A stretch of 64,000 nucleotides of DNA from Myxococcota bacterium (lineage in GTDB: Bacteria > Myxococcota_A > UBA9160 > JAFDDA01): NCBI GenBank assembly GCA_965228475.1, contig OZ245817.1:2464001-2528000 (forward strand), given 5' to 3'. This document shows, piece by piece, positions 29,899-39,867 of the stretch. The translations under genes and the position numbers were made by a program. Every line of letters starts with the position of its first letter. Within the stretch, counting starts at the first letter, position 1. The notes under the pieces are model-generated. The model worked only from the letters and a program-made list of their open reading frames with translations, ran no database searches and had not been told where the DNA came from.

Positions 29899-32892
29899 TC
29901 AAGCTGTCGCGCGGCTCCCCCAAAGAAACTCACGCGCGCGGCCCAGAAGCGGCTTCATCCCGAGAGCCTTCGCCTTCTCCTCCGACCGCAGCGCCATCTC
30001 GCGCGCCTTCCGCCCATCCCCGGGCCCGGCCCGCTTCCGAAGCAACTCCGCATACCCCAGCTCGATGTGCGCGACCCAGGGCGGCGCCTCCGCCGCCTCA
30101 GCCTGCGACAGCGCCTTCTCGAAGAGCTCCTCCGACCGCTCGTACTTGCCAGCCGTCATGGCCAAGCGCGCGAGGTAGTAGTTGACTGGGCGCCAGACGG
30201 CTACGGAGTAGACCACGACAAGGTACTGGTCTTCGTACGGGAACAACGCGTCGAACAACACCTCGGACCGACGCTTGTCGCCGAGAAGGACACATGGCTC
30301 GACGATCAGCGCGACACTGATCAACCACTCAGCTGTTTGCGGCAATCGAACAGCAGATGGCGAGACGATCTTCGCGAGGGCGGCCTTCGCCTCCTCCCGC
30401 CGGCCCGCGCCGGCGAGGAAATGGATTCGCGCGCACTCGTAGGCACGGAGTCGCGGATAGAGCAGCGCTTGGCGCTCGGCGATCGCGACCCCTTCGGCAA
30501 GGCTTCCGATCTCGATCTCTCGATAGAGTCTGTGAATCACAGCCGAGTTCTCGGCGTTCCGGTCGTTTAGCTCTCTCCCTCGCTCCTCAAAGCGTGCAGC
30601 ACACTCCTCCGCATCGCCCCACCTACCCTCTGTCATAGCCTGCATCGCAGAGAAGAGATCCCGATACCACAGCGCGCTTGGGTTGAGAGAAGCCGCGGCC
30701 TTCCTTGAGAACTCCGCGACCTCGACCTCCGCCGCCTCAAACTCTCCGACCTGAAGCAACCCGGTCAACCGATACAGGCGATACACGAGCTCCATCTCCC
30801 GGTCCTCGTTGTCGACAGCATGCGCGATCGCCCAACTCGCGAGCGCCGCCCTCTCAGACGCCCCACCTGGCCCCCAGCAGGCAACCTCCCTGGCCGTCGC
30901 AGCGAAGACTTGCGATTCCGGCGAGCCCGCCACTGCCGCCTTGTCCAACGCTTCTTGCGCAAGCCCCACACACTCGTCGTGTCGCACGGACCAATACAAT
31001 GCTATCGCCAGCTGACCGCAAACCTTGGCTTGAAGCTCTAGGGGAACCCGAGCGCCGAGTGAGCGGACTTCTTCAAGTGCCTCAATCAAGAATTCATCGA
31101 CTACGCCCGCCTCGATCGCGAAGAAGTCGGGCGCGTATCCGAGTGCCGCCCGGGCCAGCGTCTCTGGATCACCACACGCTCGTGCCAACTCCGCCGCGCG
31201 CTTGCAAGACCTCTCGGCCTCCCGGGGAAGGCCTGCTCGCCGCTGGGCCGTTCCTAGCCTTATCAGAAGATCCGCACGCAGCATCGGATCTGCCGGCCCC
31301 GCCCGATCTAGGAGATCGACGGACTCTTGCAGATACTCGACTGCCTCGGGGAACCCAAGATTCCTTGCCGACCACTCCGCAGCCTCTTCAAGCGTCTTCA
31401 GCCAGCCATCTGTGTCATCAAGCCTTCCCGCCGCGAGCCCATGCGGAGCCGCCAAACATGCGACCTCACCGACGAAGACACCATGTATGTCTCGCAGGGC
31501 TGAGACGACCCCCAGATGTGCACGAGAACGCTCCTCAGCAGAGAGAGAAGAGTACAGAACGTCCCTAAGAAGACCGTGCGCGAACACAAACTCGAGAGGC
31601 CCAACCTGACGGAGGATTGCCGCACCGACTCCCTCCTCGAGTTCCGGCAGAACCTCCGCGGGCTCTCGCCCTAGCAAGCGACTCAGGACCCCCACATTCG
31701 GCTCTTGCCCCACGACAGCCGCCGCCTGCAAGACATCTCGAGTCTCGGCTCTGAGGCGATCGAGTCGCGCTTCGAGCATCGCCTCGACGCCTGGAGCTAC
31801 CCAGCCCACCGGAACTGATCTCATCCCCGCCATCTTCATCTCATGGGCGAACTGCTCAAGAGCGAAAGGATTTCCTGCGGTTCGCGCCATCAGCTGGTCC
31901 ACCGTATCCTCGTCAAAGCCCTCGCAGCCAAGCCCACCCAAGAGGGAAATTCCCTCTCCTCTAGTCAGCCCGTGCAGGGCCACCGTGTTGACAGGGCTTA
32001 GCCTCTGGATCTTCGCCGCCAGCTGCGCCGGCATTCGCTCGAGCTCGTGCGATCGAAATGACGCGACCAGCCGAACACCAGCGGGACGCAGCTCCCTTGC
32101 CAGAGCTTCGAAGAGCACGATAGATGACGGATCACCGACCTGGAGGTCGTCGATCGCGACCAAGACAGGCGAATCCACTGCCAGATCCGACAGCGCCTGC
32201 CCAATGGACTCGAACGCATCAAAGAGAATCATGCTTGCGGAGCTCGCCGCTTTCGCCTGCCGGGACTGCATCGCAGAGAGCTCCGACTCCCAGCGATCAG
32301 CCAGGCCGAGTGATCGAAACACCTGCTGCCACGGGGTATACGGAGCGCCTCGGCGCGCCTCAGAACAGCGCCCCACCGCAACGCGACATCCCCTCCGTCT
32401 AGCCCGCAGCGCGAACTCTTCTATCAGTCGAGTCTTTCCTATTCCCGCCTCTCCCAGCACCAGCGCAACTCCGGTCATCCCAAGATCGAGATCGATCACG
32501 CTTGTCAACTGCGAGAGCTCAGTTCTCCTCCCTACAAACCCTTGAGACTCGGTTCGCAGCTCGATGTTCTGATGATCGCTGTCAGCTTCTCGGACATTAA
32601 CGAGCCACCGATACCCCTTCCCGTACACTGCCTGGATCGTTGTAGGATTGTCCGCCGAGTCGCCGAGGGCAGTCCTGAGTGAATTGATGGCAGTCGGAAT
32701 AGTCGAAGCAGCGATCGCCCGCCCTTGCCAGATCTCCTCTTGAAGCTCGGCTTTTCTGACTACTCGATCGCGATTGCGGATGAGATAAAGGAGCAAGTCA
32801 AAGACCAACTGCCCAATCTCTACGGGCTGGCCGCGACGAAGCAGAAGCCGCCTGCCTTCGTCCAACTCGAAGTCCGAGAACTGAAAATGCAT
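29899..32892 (-). CDS. Winged-helix (Trans_reg_C) + AAA/STAND ATPase + TPR transcriptional regulator
   Basis: FSDFELD...LLLYLIRNRDRVV...LRTALGD...IQAVYGKGYR, Walker A GEAGIGKT, Walker B IDDLQ, GNPF, FAHGLLRD, helical repeats. Confidence 0.9.
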   Translation of the reverse strand: MHFQFSDFELDEGRRLLLRRGQPVEIGQLVFDLLLYLIRNRDRVVRKAELQEEIWQGRAIAASTIPTAINSLRTALGDSADNPTTIQAVYGKGYRWLVNVREADSDHQNIELRTESQGFVGRRTELSQLTSVIDLDLGMTGVALVLGEAGIGKTRLIEEFALRARRRGCRVAVGRCSEARRGAPYTPWQQVFRSLGLADRWESELSAMQSRQAKAASSASMILFDAFESIGQALSDLAVDSPVLVAIDDLQVGDPSSIVLFEALARELRPAGVRLVASFRSHELERMPAQLAAKIQRLSPVNTVALHGLTRGEGISLLGGLGCEGFDEDTVDQLMARTAGNPFALEQFAHEMKMAGMRSVPVGWVAPGVEAMLEARLDRLRAETRDVLQAAAVVGQEPNVGVLSRLLGREPAEVLPELEEGVGAAILRQVGPLEFVFAHGLLRDVLYSSLSAEERSRAHLGVVSALRDIHGVFVGEVACLAAPHGLAAGRLDDTDGWLKTLEEAAEWSARNLGFPEAVEYLQESVDLLDRAGPADPMLRADLLIRLGTAQRRAGLPREAERSCKRAAELARACGDPETLARAALGYAPDFFAIEAGVVDEFLIEALEEVRSLGARVPLELQAKVCGQLAIALYWSVRHDECVGLAQEALDKAAVAGSPESQVFAATAREVACWGPGGASERAALASWAIAHAVDNEDREMELVYRLYRLTGLLQVGEFEAAEVEVAEFSRKAAASLNPSALWYRDLFSAMQAMTEGRWGDAEECAARFEERGRELNDRNAENSAVIHRLYREIEIGSLAEGVAIAERQALLYPRLRAYECARIHFLAGAGRREEAKAALAKIVSPSAVRLPQTAEWLISVALIVEPCVLLGDKRRSEVLFDALFPYEDQYLVVVYSVAVWRPVNYYLARLAMTAGKYERSEELFEKALSQAEAAEAPPWVAHIELGYAELLRKRAGPGDGRKAREMALRSEEKAKALGMKPLLGRAREFLWGSRATA

Positions 32893-32959
32893 CGGCGATC
32901 AGTCTAAGGCGAGGGGAGGCCGGTCTGCGCCGAACCGATGCAAAGAGCCGAAAAGCAAG

Positions 32960-33000
32960 GTAGAAACCCTCGCTAGATCATCAGAAAGCCTCAGAAGCCC
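32960..33000. repeat. Direct repeats (gtAGAAaccc, tcAGAAagcc, tcAGAAgccc) upstream of wHTH regulator
   Basis: Copies at 32960, 32981, 32991, about one or two helical turns apart. Confidence 0.45.
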
Positions 33001-33018
33001 CGCAAGGCGCAGGGCGCC

Positions 33019-34485
33019 TCACCCGATCGAAACCGAGACCCGAAGCTCCTCGCCCGCGGGGTTGAGTGGCCCGACACTCAGCGGTCCAAAGAAGCCGGCA
33101 CCGAGCTCGGAAGCGGCTGCCAGCTCAAGGGATTCCATGACCCTCGAGGCCACCAGGTCGGGCGCCACTCCAGGATCGAGGGGCACCACCAATGCAACCC
33201 GCCCACCCGCGATGGTGACCCCAATTGTGCCACCTCTCCTAGCGAGCCCGACACAGAGCACGAGGAGCAAAGCAAGGCAGAGAGTGAGACGAGACCTCGG
33301 CCCCGAGACTTTGCCCGACTCGACGTCCGTCGCGATTGAAACCCCGGCCCGGCCCACGGCCGCAGCGATCCCCTCAGCAGCCTCGGAAAGCAGCTCGCTC
33401 AAATCGCACAAAGTGCAAGCCTCGATTCGATCGCTGCGGACCTCAGCGATTAAGTCCTCCAAGACCCTCGCTGGACGGAACCCTGAAGCTAGCAATAGGG
33501 CCGGCGCCGCAAGGACCTTGAGCTGATCGACTTCGACCGACACCGATTCAGCCGGCTCCATCGAGCGAGCGTTCTCGATCGCAAGAGAAACCTGAGAGGC
33601 TAAGCCCTCCAAGAGTGCGCGTTCGGCTGCCCGAAAGGACCTCCCGCCCTTCCGATTGTCAACCACCAACACGCCGACCGCGCCTCTTGGCCCCACAAGC
33701 GGAACAGAAAGGATCTCTTCTGCGGCTAGCTCCACAGCCAGGGTTCTGCCGACCGGGCCGAGCTCCGTCGCGGTCTCTGCAACGACCAACTTCGTCTCTC
33801 CCGAGCGAACGGATTCGAGCCACGGCCCCCCATTTGCCTCGTCGATCGAAAGCTCACAGGCAAGACCGCCATCGGGGTCGGAGCTCTCTGAGCTAGCCAC
33901 CATCGTCAACCGGACTCCTGCCTTGTCGAGGATTCCGATCATCGCAGCATCGAACCCAAGATCTGAGGCCACAGCCCGGACCACAAGCTTTGTGAGGCGG
34001 TCAAGGTCGGATTCAGAGCCGATTTGGTGGCTAATCGATCGGACGGCTGTCAGTTCCCGGAGAAGCGAGTCCTTCTCAGACTCCAGGGCATAGAGGTCGA
34101 TGGCTTGCACCACCACCTGCCTCATCTGATCGGGCGACCAAGGCTTCGGGATGTACCGGTAGATCTTCCCGTGGTTGACTGCGTCCGCCAGGGTTTCTGC
34201 GTCACCGTATGCGGTGACCAAGAGGCGCACTGTCCTCGGGTCGACCTCCCGCACCCGAGAAAGAAAATCGGTTCCCGTCATCTCGGGCATTCGGTGGTCG
34301 CTGAGCACGACGGAAATAGGGTGTTGATTGATCAGGTCGAGCGCGTCAGCGCCGCTCTCAGCCGTATAAATCGTGAAATCTCGACGAAAGGCGAGTTCGA
34401 AGGCGCGCAGGTTCGCCCTCTCATCATCTACGTAGAGGACAGGGAACTCTCGTCGATCCACGAGGCGTTGCGGCTCAGGCTGCAT
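33019..34485 (-). CDS. Response regulator REC + GAF + degenerate HATPase-like tail
   Basis: LYVDDE, SDHRMP, TAY, KPW; GAF SVPL...GVLVVDN...LASQVSLAIENAR; tail lacks H, N and G boxes. Confidence 0.88.
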   Translation of the reverse strand: MQPEPQRLVDRREFPVLYVDDERANLRAFELAFRRDFTIYTAESGADALDLINQHPISVVLSDHRMPEMTGTDFLSRVREVDPRTVRLLVTAYGDAETLADAVNHGKIYRYIPKPWSPDQMRQVVVQAIDLYALESEKDSLLRELTAVRSISHQIGSESDLDRLTKLVVRAVASDLGFDAAMIGILDKAGVRLTMVASSESSDPDGGLACELSIDEANGGPWLESVRSGETKLVVAETATELGPVGRTLAVELAAEEILSVPLVGPRGAVGVLVVDNRKGGRSFRAAERALLEGLASQVSLAIENARSMEPAESVSVEVDQLKVLAAPALLLASGFRPARVLEDLIAEVRSDRIEACTLCDLSELLSEAAEGIAAAVGRAGVSIATDVESGKVSGPRSRLTLCLALLLVLCVGLARRGGTIGVTIAGGRVALVVPLDPGVAPDLVASRVMESLELAAASELGAGFFGPLSVGPLNPAGEELRVSVSIG

Positions 34486-37261
34486 CAATGTTCTCTTCTG
34501 GGAGCCAGATCTCGAAGCAGGCGCCGTCGCCTAGAACAGAAGACACTCCGATCGTCCCGCCGTGGCTCTCGATAACCTGCCTCGAGATCGAAAGGCCGAG
34601 CCCCGTGCCCTTCCCTGCACCTTTTGTCGAGAAGAACGGGTCGAACAGTCGCGCTATGTCGTCAGGCTCGATCCCGGGCCCATTGTCACGAATCGCCACT
34701 TGAACCCCGCTGGCGTGGGCCTCGATCGATACCGAGATCTTTCCACCCCCTCCTTCTTCGAGAGCCTCCGACGCGTTCTTTAGGATGTTCAGAAGGACCT
34801 GACCGATCGCCTGTGGGTCTCCCACCACAAGAGGAACGCCCTCTGCGCAGCTAACCGCGACAGAGACGTTCTTCTCTGCCATGGAGTGCCGCAAGAATCT
34901 CGAGACAGAATCAACAGACTGGACGACGCTGAAATGGACCTTCTCACCGAGGGCTGGCCTGGAGAAGTCTCGAAGATCTCCTACAAGCTTTCCCGTTCGC
35001 TCGAGGCCTTCTTCAACGATACCGGCGAGCTCTATCACCGCGCTGGACGTATCGCTCAACTCAGCCAGCCGCAACCGCTCGGAAATCTTGGCTTTCTCTT
35101 CACCTGACAGAGGCGGCCCGCTCTCTTGAACCAGCCCACAAACCTCACGAGCTGCCGATACGAGATCCTCGATGTAGGGCTTCATGGCACGGACCGCATT
35201 CACGGAGTAGTTCACAGGGTTGTTGACTTCGTGAGCGACACCAGCTGCGAGTTCGCCTACCGCTGCCAAGCGCTCCGATTGTACGAGCTGGGCCTCCGCC
35301 TCCTTCAGCTCATCCAGCGTCGTCTCAAGTTCGTCGTTCGCATGCTCTAGAGCGCGGTTCCGTTCCGCAAGCTCAGTCTGCAGCTGCCTGAGCCGTACCA
35401 AGCTCCGCACCCGGGCGAGCAGCTCCCGCGAGTGGAAGGGCTTCGTAACGTAGTCGTCAGCCCCCAACTCAAGGCCCTCAATCTTCATCTCGCGCTCTGC
35501 CTTGGACGTGACCAAGATCACCGGCAGAGCTTCAGTCGTCGAATCACATTTCAACGTCTCACAGAGCTCAGTCCCCGACATCTCCGGCATCATCACGTCC
35601 GTCAACACCAGATCTGGCATTCTGCGCCGCACTTCCTCGAGGCCCTCCCGTCCATTCTTCGCCGTCCGGACTGCGAACTCACTCGACAGGACGTGAACCA
35701 AGAGCCTACGCATATCCGGGTTGTCCTCGCAGACCAAGACGTCCGGCATGTCCGCTCCGCCCTGGCCAGCCTGCGCCCCCTCATCGTGCGCACTCCCTTT
35801 CGTACGCTCCCATCGGTCTACCGATCGCTCTAGATCCAGGAGCTTGCTCGCCTCCTCATGGTCCCGCGAGAGCTGAGCGTCCAAATCTGCGAAGCCTGAG
35901 ACCTGCGACCTTTCCCTGGGTGCATCCGCAAGGACATCTTCCCTCGCAACGTCCTCTTCTCCTTGTGGCAAGGTCACAGCCACGTTGGTCCCGAAGCCTA
36001 TACCCTTGCTAACCGCCCAGATCTTTCCACCGTGCAGCTCGACCAGCTCTTTCGAGAGCGCCAGGCCAATCCCCGTTCCTTCGTGCCGACGAGTTGACGA
36101 ACCATCGGCCTGGGCGAAGCGATCGAAGATCCTCTCGCAGTCACGAGGCTCAAGGCCGATGCCTGTATCCGACACTTCGAGCCTTATTCCATCACCATCA
36201 GCACGAGCGCAGACAGAGATCGACCCGCCCGAATCCGTGAACTTCAATGAGTTTCCAACTAGGTTGATCAACACCTTCTCGAGTGCATCCGGGTCCGCGT
36301 TGATCGAGAGAGACTCATCGAACTCGCCAACGCTGAGATTGACTCCCTTCTTGCGAGCCAGAGGCTGAGCTCCCGACACGATGTCTGCCGCAAGCTGAGC
36401 CGGCGATACCAATCGGCGCTCGATCCTAAGTTGATCACTCTCAATCTTCGCCAGATCGAGCAGGTTATTGATCAGCTTCAGTAGCCTGAGCGCATTGACG
36501 TGCATCGTGCGCAAGTAGTCGCGCTGGAGCGGGTTGACTTCGCCGAACTCACCCCCCAGAAGGCTCTCGAGCGGAGCGAGGGTCAACGTAAGGGGCGTGC
36601 GAAGCTCGTGGTGGACGTTCGCAGTGAATCTCGACTTCTGCTGGTCGAGCTCCCGCAGGGTGTCTCGCGCCTTCTCGACCTCTCGACGCCGAACGAAATC
36701 TCGAAAGCGGCTGTTGTCGATAAGCGCGGCACTAGCGATGCAGACGATTCCGGCCGAGAACAAGAACACCGAGCTCATCAAGAATTCACGCCAGGGGATC
36801 TCCCATGGCAAGACCAACGGAGAGCATGCATAGAGTCCGAACGTGCAGACGCTCAAGACTGCCGCTTCTCGTACTGAGAACGGCAACAGGACAGGAACGC
36901 CCGCAAGGAAGAGGATTAGCCCGACGTAGTAGCCGCCAGAGGGCTCGCCGGTACCGAAGATCACCATTCCCAGCATCGCTTCAGTCGACAGAGTCAACGC
37001 CCACTTCGAGACAGGCGCAGGAACCCCACTGGAGGGCGCGAAGAACAGCCCGATCAGTCCGACTTGGAGAGCGCATCGAACCAGGAAGAAGTCTGCGAAT
37101 TGCGCCGGGAAGAGGTAGAAGTCAGAGAAGACGAAGAGGACGTTGACGACAGCAGTCGTCACCACTCCGGTGCGAATGTAAGAGCTTCCACCATAGTGGT
37201 TGAGCTCTCGCCAGTACGCTTCGTAGGAAGCTCTGCCTGCCTCTTCTACCAAACCGGCCAT
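34475..37261 (-). CDS. Membrane hybrid sensor kinase: 6 TM-HisKA-HATPase-REC-HisKA-HATPase
   Basis: HHELRTPL, NLVGNSLKF, DTGIG, GTGIGL; REC EDN/TDVMMP/KPF; second kinase AHEVNNP, NILKNA, DNGPG, GTGLGL. Confidence 0.93.
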   Translation of the reverse strand: MAGLVEEAGRASYEAYWRELNHYGGSSYIRTGVVTTAVVNVLFVFSDFYLFPAQFADFFLVRCALQVGLIGLFFAPSSGVPAPVSKWALTLSTEAMLGMVIFGTGEPSGGYYVGLILFLAGVPVLLPFSVREAAVLSVCTFGLYACSPLVLPWEIPWREFLMSSVFLFSAGIVCIASAALIDNSRFRDFVRRREVEKARDTLRELDQQKSRFTANVHHELRTPLTLTLAPLESLLGGEFGEVNPLQRDYLRTMHVNALRLLKLINNLLDLAKIESDQLRIERRLVSPAQLAADIVSGAQPLARKKGVNLSVGEFDESLSINADPDALEKVLINLVGNSLKFTDSGGSISVCARADGDGIRLEVSDTGIGLEPRDCERIFDRFAQADGSSTRRHEGTGIGLALSKELVELHGGKIWAVSKGIGFGTNVAVTLPQGEEDVAREDVLADAPRERSQVSGFADLDAQLSRDHEEASKLLDLERSVDRWERTKGSAHDEGAQAGQGGADMPDVLVCEDNPDMRRLLVHVLSSEFAVRTAKNGREGLEEVRRRMPDLVLTDVMMPEMSGTELCETLKCDSTTEALPVILVTSKAEREMKIEGLELGADDYVTKPFHSRELLARVRSLVRLRQLQTELAERNRALEHANDELETTLDELKEAEAQLVQSERLAAVGELAAGVAHEVNNPVNYSVNAVRAMKPYIEDLVSAAREVCGLVQESGPPLSGEEKAKISERLRLAELSDTSSAVIELAGIVEEGLERTGKLVGDLRDFSRPALGEKVHFSVVQSVDSVSRFLRHSMAEKNVSVAVSCAEGVPLVVGDPQAIGQVLLNILKNASEALEEGGGGKISVSIEAHASGVQVAIRDNGPGIEPDDIARLFDPFFSTKGAGKGTGLGLSISRQVIESHGGTIGVSSVLGDGACFEIWLPEENIDAA

Positions 37262-37357
37262 TCAGACCAGAATCGGTAGAAAACACAGCTTTCTTGAGCT
37301 GCTATTGCTGATACCGCAGCGCGCGGTCGCAGCTCCCAGCTGACGCAGGGGACTTGG

Positions 37358-39856
37358 CTAACTGGGCCTTATCGCTGACAGAACGATCGCCTGCGGAGGG
37401 TCACCGAACCCACCGGATGTACGCACGGACGAGAAACCTGCCCGCCGAACCATCTCCTGCAGCTCGACTTCATCCCAAAAGTGGAACCGACCGGCCTCCT
37501 CGAGGTCAAGGATCCGAGCGGCGTCGTTGAGAAACCGACGCAGCGACTCATCAACCGCAGTCTCGCCAACACTCCCTAGCAACTCACTCGCTCGACCGGA
37601 CCTCAACTCCCGAACACCCTCGACAAACAGTCGAGAGATGTCCGCGTCCTTCCGGAGCGTCGAAAGGACCAGCCTCCCCGACGGACGAAGCATCCGATAC
37701 ATCAGCTTAATCTGAGCTTCGGGTTCTTCAACGTAGGAGAGAAATAGGGACGCGAGAAGGGCATCGTACCTGCCCTCGAAGCCACCTGCTGAAACCACCC
37801 CTGTATCGGCGAGGTCGCATTCGATGTAACGAAGAGAGACGCCATGAGGCGTGCCGACCTTTTCGATTCGAGTTCTTGCGTGCTTCAATGCCTCGGGAAC
37901 GAGATCTATCAGGTCAACCGTGATTCCCTGCGGAGCCCCAGACTCCAGCAGCCTAAGCGGGAATGCTCCTGTGCCAGCGCCGACATCCGCGACCCGATCC
38001 CCAGAGCCTAGGCCTAAGGCGAGAATCTGCGTATCCATGAGGCGCTGGTACGGCTCGATCGCATTCATCAAATCGATCCCGAGCCCCCCGTCCCGGCCGA
38101 GCAGGTAGTTGCGCCAGAAGTCCACGGCATTGATCGATGGTGCGCCGACCCGTGCTCGCTCTGCCTTCCTCTTCAGCTCCAATGCCGAAACATCGGGAAG
38201 GCCAGGAGCAAGCTCCATTTCCGTAGCCATCTTTCCGATCTCGACTGCGATCAACTGGAACACTTCGATCGCCTCTTGACTACTCCGCAGCTGATGGCCA
38301 GTGGGTACCTCAAGCAGTTTTCGCCTCGACGTATCGCCGAGCGCCATAATCTCGCGGACGCGGGTCAAGTCTAGCCACGCATCGAACTTACCGTGGATCC
38401 AGGTGATTGGAACGTCGATCTCAGCCATCTCTCGACGAGAGTCTTCCAGAAAGGCTAAGTCGTTCCCAATCGCGTCACTCGCGACCCTATCGATGTCTGT
38501 CGTTACGCCCATCAGTTCCTGAATTCCGAACTCCAGTCCCTGCTCGGCGCCACCGATGAAGTCCAGCCCACCCGAGACCTTCTTCAATCCTGACTGGAGG
38601 TCGGGAGCACCGACAACGCTAACCCAACCTTTGATGAGACCAGTCTGGTCTGCCACAACAGCCCTCCTAGCCTCGATCGATGCGGCGCTGAAGCTGACCA
38701 AAATGGCGGTTTGGGTGGCGAACTCAGGAGAGGTTGAGAAGTAATCAACCGTGGCCTGAATGTCCTTCACGCCCTCGGAAATCGAGAAGTGCAGATTCTC
38801 CATTCCTTCGGTCAGGCACTCGGGGTCATTGTGGGACTCACCTCTTTTCCGAACACCATCGAAACGAACGACCACCACAGGAACGTTTGCTTTCTCGAAG
38901 GTGGCCAGAATCGTCGCCGCCAAGGGGAGCAAAGTCTCCTTCGTCCGACCCCAAGCAGGGGGGATAACGACCAGCGTTGCCCCTCTTCTTTCCCCGACAC
39001 TGTCAACGATCGCCACGATCTCTTCGCCGCGGGAATTTGGGTACCTCACCACCTCGATACGTTCCGAGGTTCGTTTCGCTCGCCCGAGGGCTCCACGAAT
39101 CACAGCACTCGCGCCAGCAGCTGCAAGGCTCAGCTTCTGCCTGATCCGAGAGCCTGCTGGTAGTTGGAGAATCGAAGAACGGCGCTCCACTGGGTAGAGA
39201 TCTGTGGGTCGGACAGAACTAGTAGACAACCCAACCCGGCTCCACCCGGCCCGCGTGGGAGCCGCGGACTTTCGGCGCAGCTGTGCCCAGCGAAGCGCCT
39301 CTCCATGAATCTCCACTCGAAACGAGGACTCTAAGTCCTGCGCGCCTCTTGTCGGCAGCTCAACTTGAAGGCCGTCCGCCGAGAGATCAACAACCCGACC
39401 TCTAGCTAGAGTCGCGCCAGACTCTGAGTAGATCGATACCTCTCGCGCTCCCCCCTCATCAACTCGGCTGCGGCGCCGATCCCGGCGCTCCGCGCGGTAG
39501 ATCCTACTGGGCATGGGCGCGACCACGCGGTCCGCCACCCCACAATCAGAACTAGGCAAACAGACGAAGAAGTACGGGAGGCCGTCCAGAAAGAAATTGA
39601 GAAGCAACGAACTCTTCCGTGCCTTGTCAAAGTTCTTAGTGCTGAGCGATACGGAGTCGGACCCGACTGTCTCCAAATACGCGGTCTCGGGATCATCTGA
39701 GCGATGCCTAGCCCCAGAGAGGGGAATACGCTCGCGGCACACCCTGGCTAGAACCGCCTGGATCTCTTTGGAATCCTTGATTGCGCTGGCGTGAAGCTCA
39801 TCAATGACACCCGGAGCTATCGGCTGCCCTAGGCGGTACGTAGGAGAGGTCTGCAC
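37358..39856 (-). CDS. Fusion protein: YcgR-like N domain + PilZ + LuxD-like alpha/beta hydrolase + class I SAM methyltransferase
   Basis: ERRDRRR and DLSADG (PilZ); RFDG...GES, VSFSAAS, HGKFDAW, TGHQL (triad); VADVGAGTG, YDALL, LRPSGRL (MTase). Start GTG 39856 after AAGG. Confidence 0.85.
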   Translation of the reverse strand: MQTSPTYRLGQPIAPGVIDELHASAIKDSKEIQAVLARVCRERIPLSGARHRSDDPETAYLETVGSDSVSLSTKNFDKARKSSLLLNFFLDGLPYFFVCLPSSDCGVADRVVAPMPSRIYRAERRDRRRSRVDEGGAREVSIYSESGATLARGRVVDLSADGLQVELPTRGAQDLESSFRVEIHGEALRWAQLRRKSAAPTRAGWSRVGLSTSSVRPTDLYPVERRSSILQLPAGSRIRQKLSLAAAGASAVIRGALGRAKRTSERIEVVRYPNSRGEEIVAIVDSVGERRGATLVVIPPAWGRTKETLLPLAATILATFEKANVPVVVVRFDGVRKRGESHNDPECLTEGMENLHFSISEGVKDIQATVDYFSTSPEFATQTAILVSFSAASIEARRAVVADQTGLIKGWVSVVGAPDLQSGLKKVSGGLDFIGGAEQGLEFGIQELMGVTTDIDRVASDAIGNDLAFLEDSRREMAEIDVPITWIHGKFDAWLDLTRVREIMALGDTSRRKLLEVPTGHQLRSSQEAIEVFQLIAVEIGKMATEMELAPGLPDVSALELKRKAERARVGAPSINAVDFWRNYLLGRDGGLGIDLMNAIEPYQRLMDTQILALGLGSGDRVADVGAGTGAFPLRLLESGAPQGITVDLIDLVPEALKHARTRIEKVGTPHGVSLRYIECDLADTGVVSAGGFEGRYDALLASLFLSYVEEPEAQIKLMYRMLRPSGRLVLSTLRKDADISRLFVEGVRELRSGRASELLGSVGETAVDESLRRFLNDAARILDLEEAGRFHFWDEVELQEMVRRAGFSSVRTSGGFGDPPQAIVLSAIRPS

Positions 39857-39867
39857 GAGGGCCTTTC

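Noticed and set aside
29899..32892. STAND ATPase as an Avs-type antiphage system
   Set aside because: N-terminus is a DNA-binding winged helix, not a nuclease/TIR/SIR2 effector, and the context is signalling
37358..39856. Bioluminescence (lux) locus because of the LuxD-like domain
   Set aside because: No luxA/B/C/E-like genes in the window
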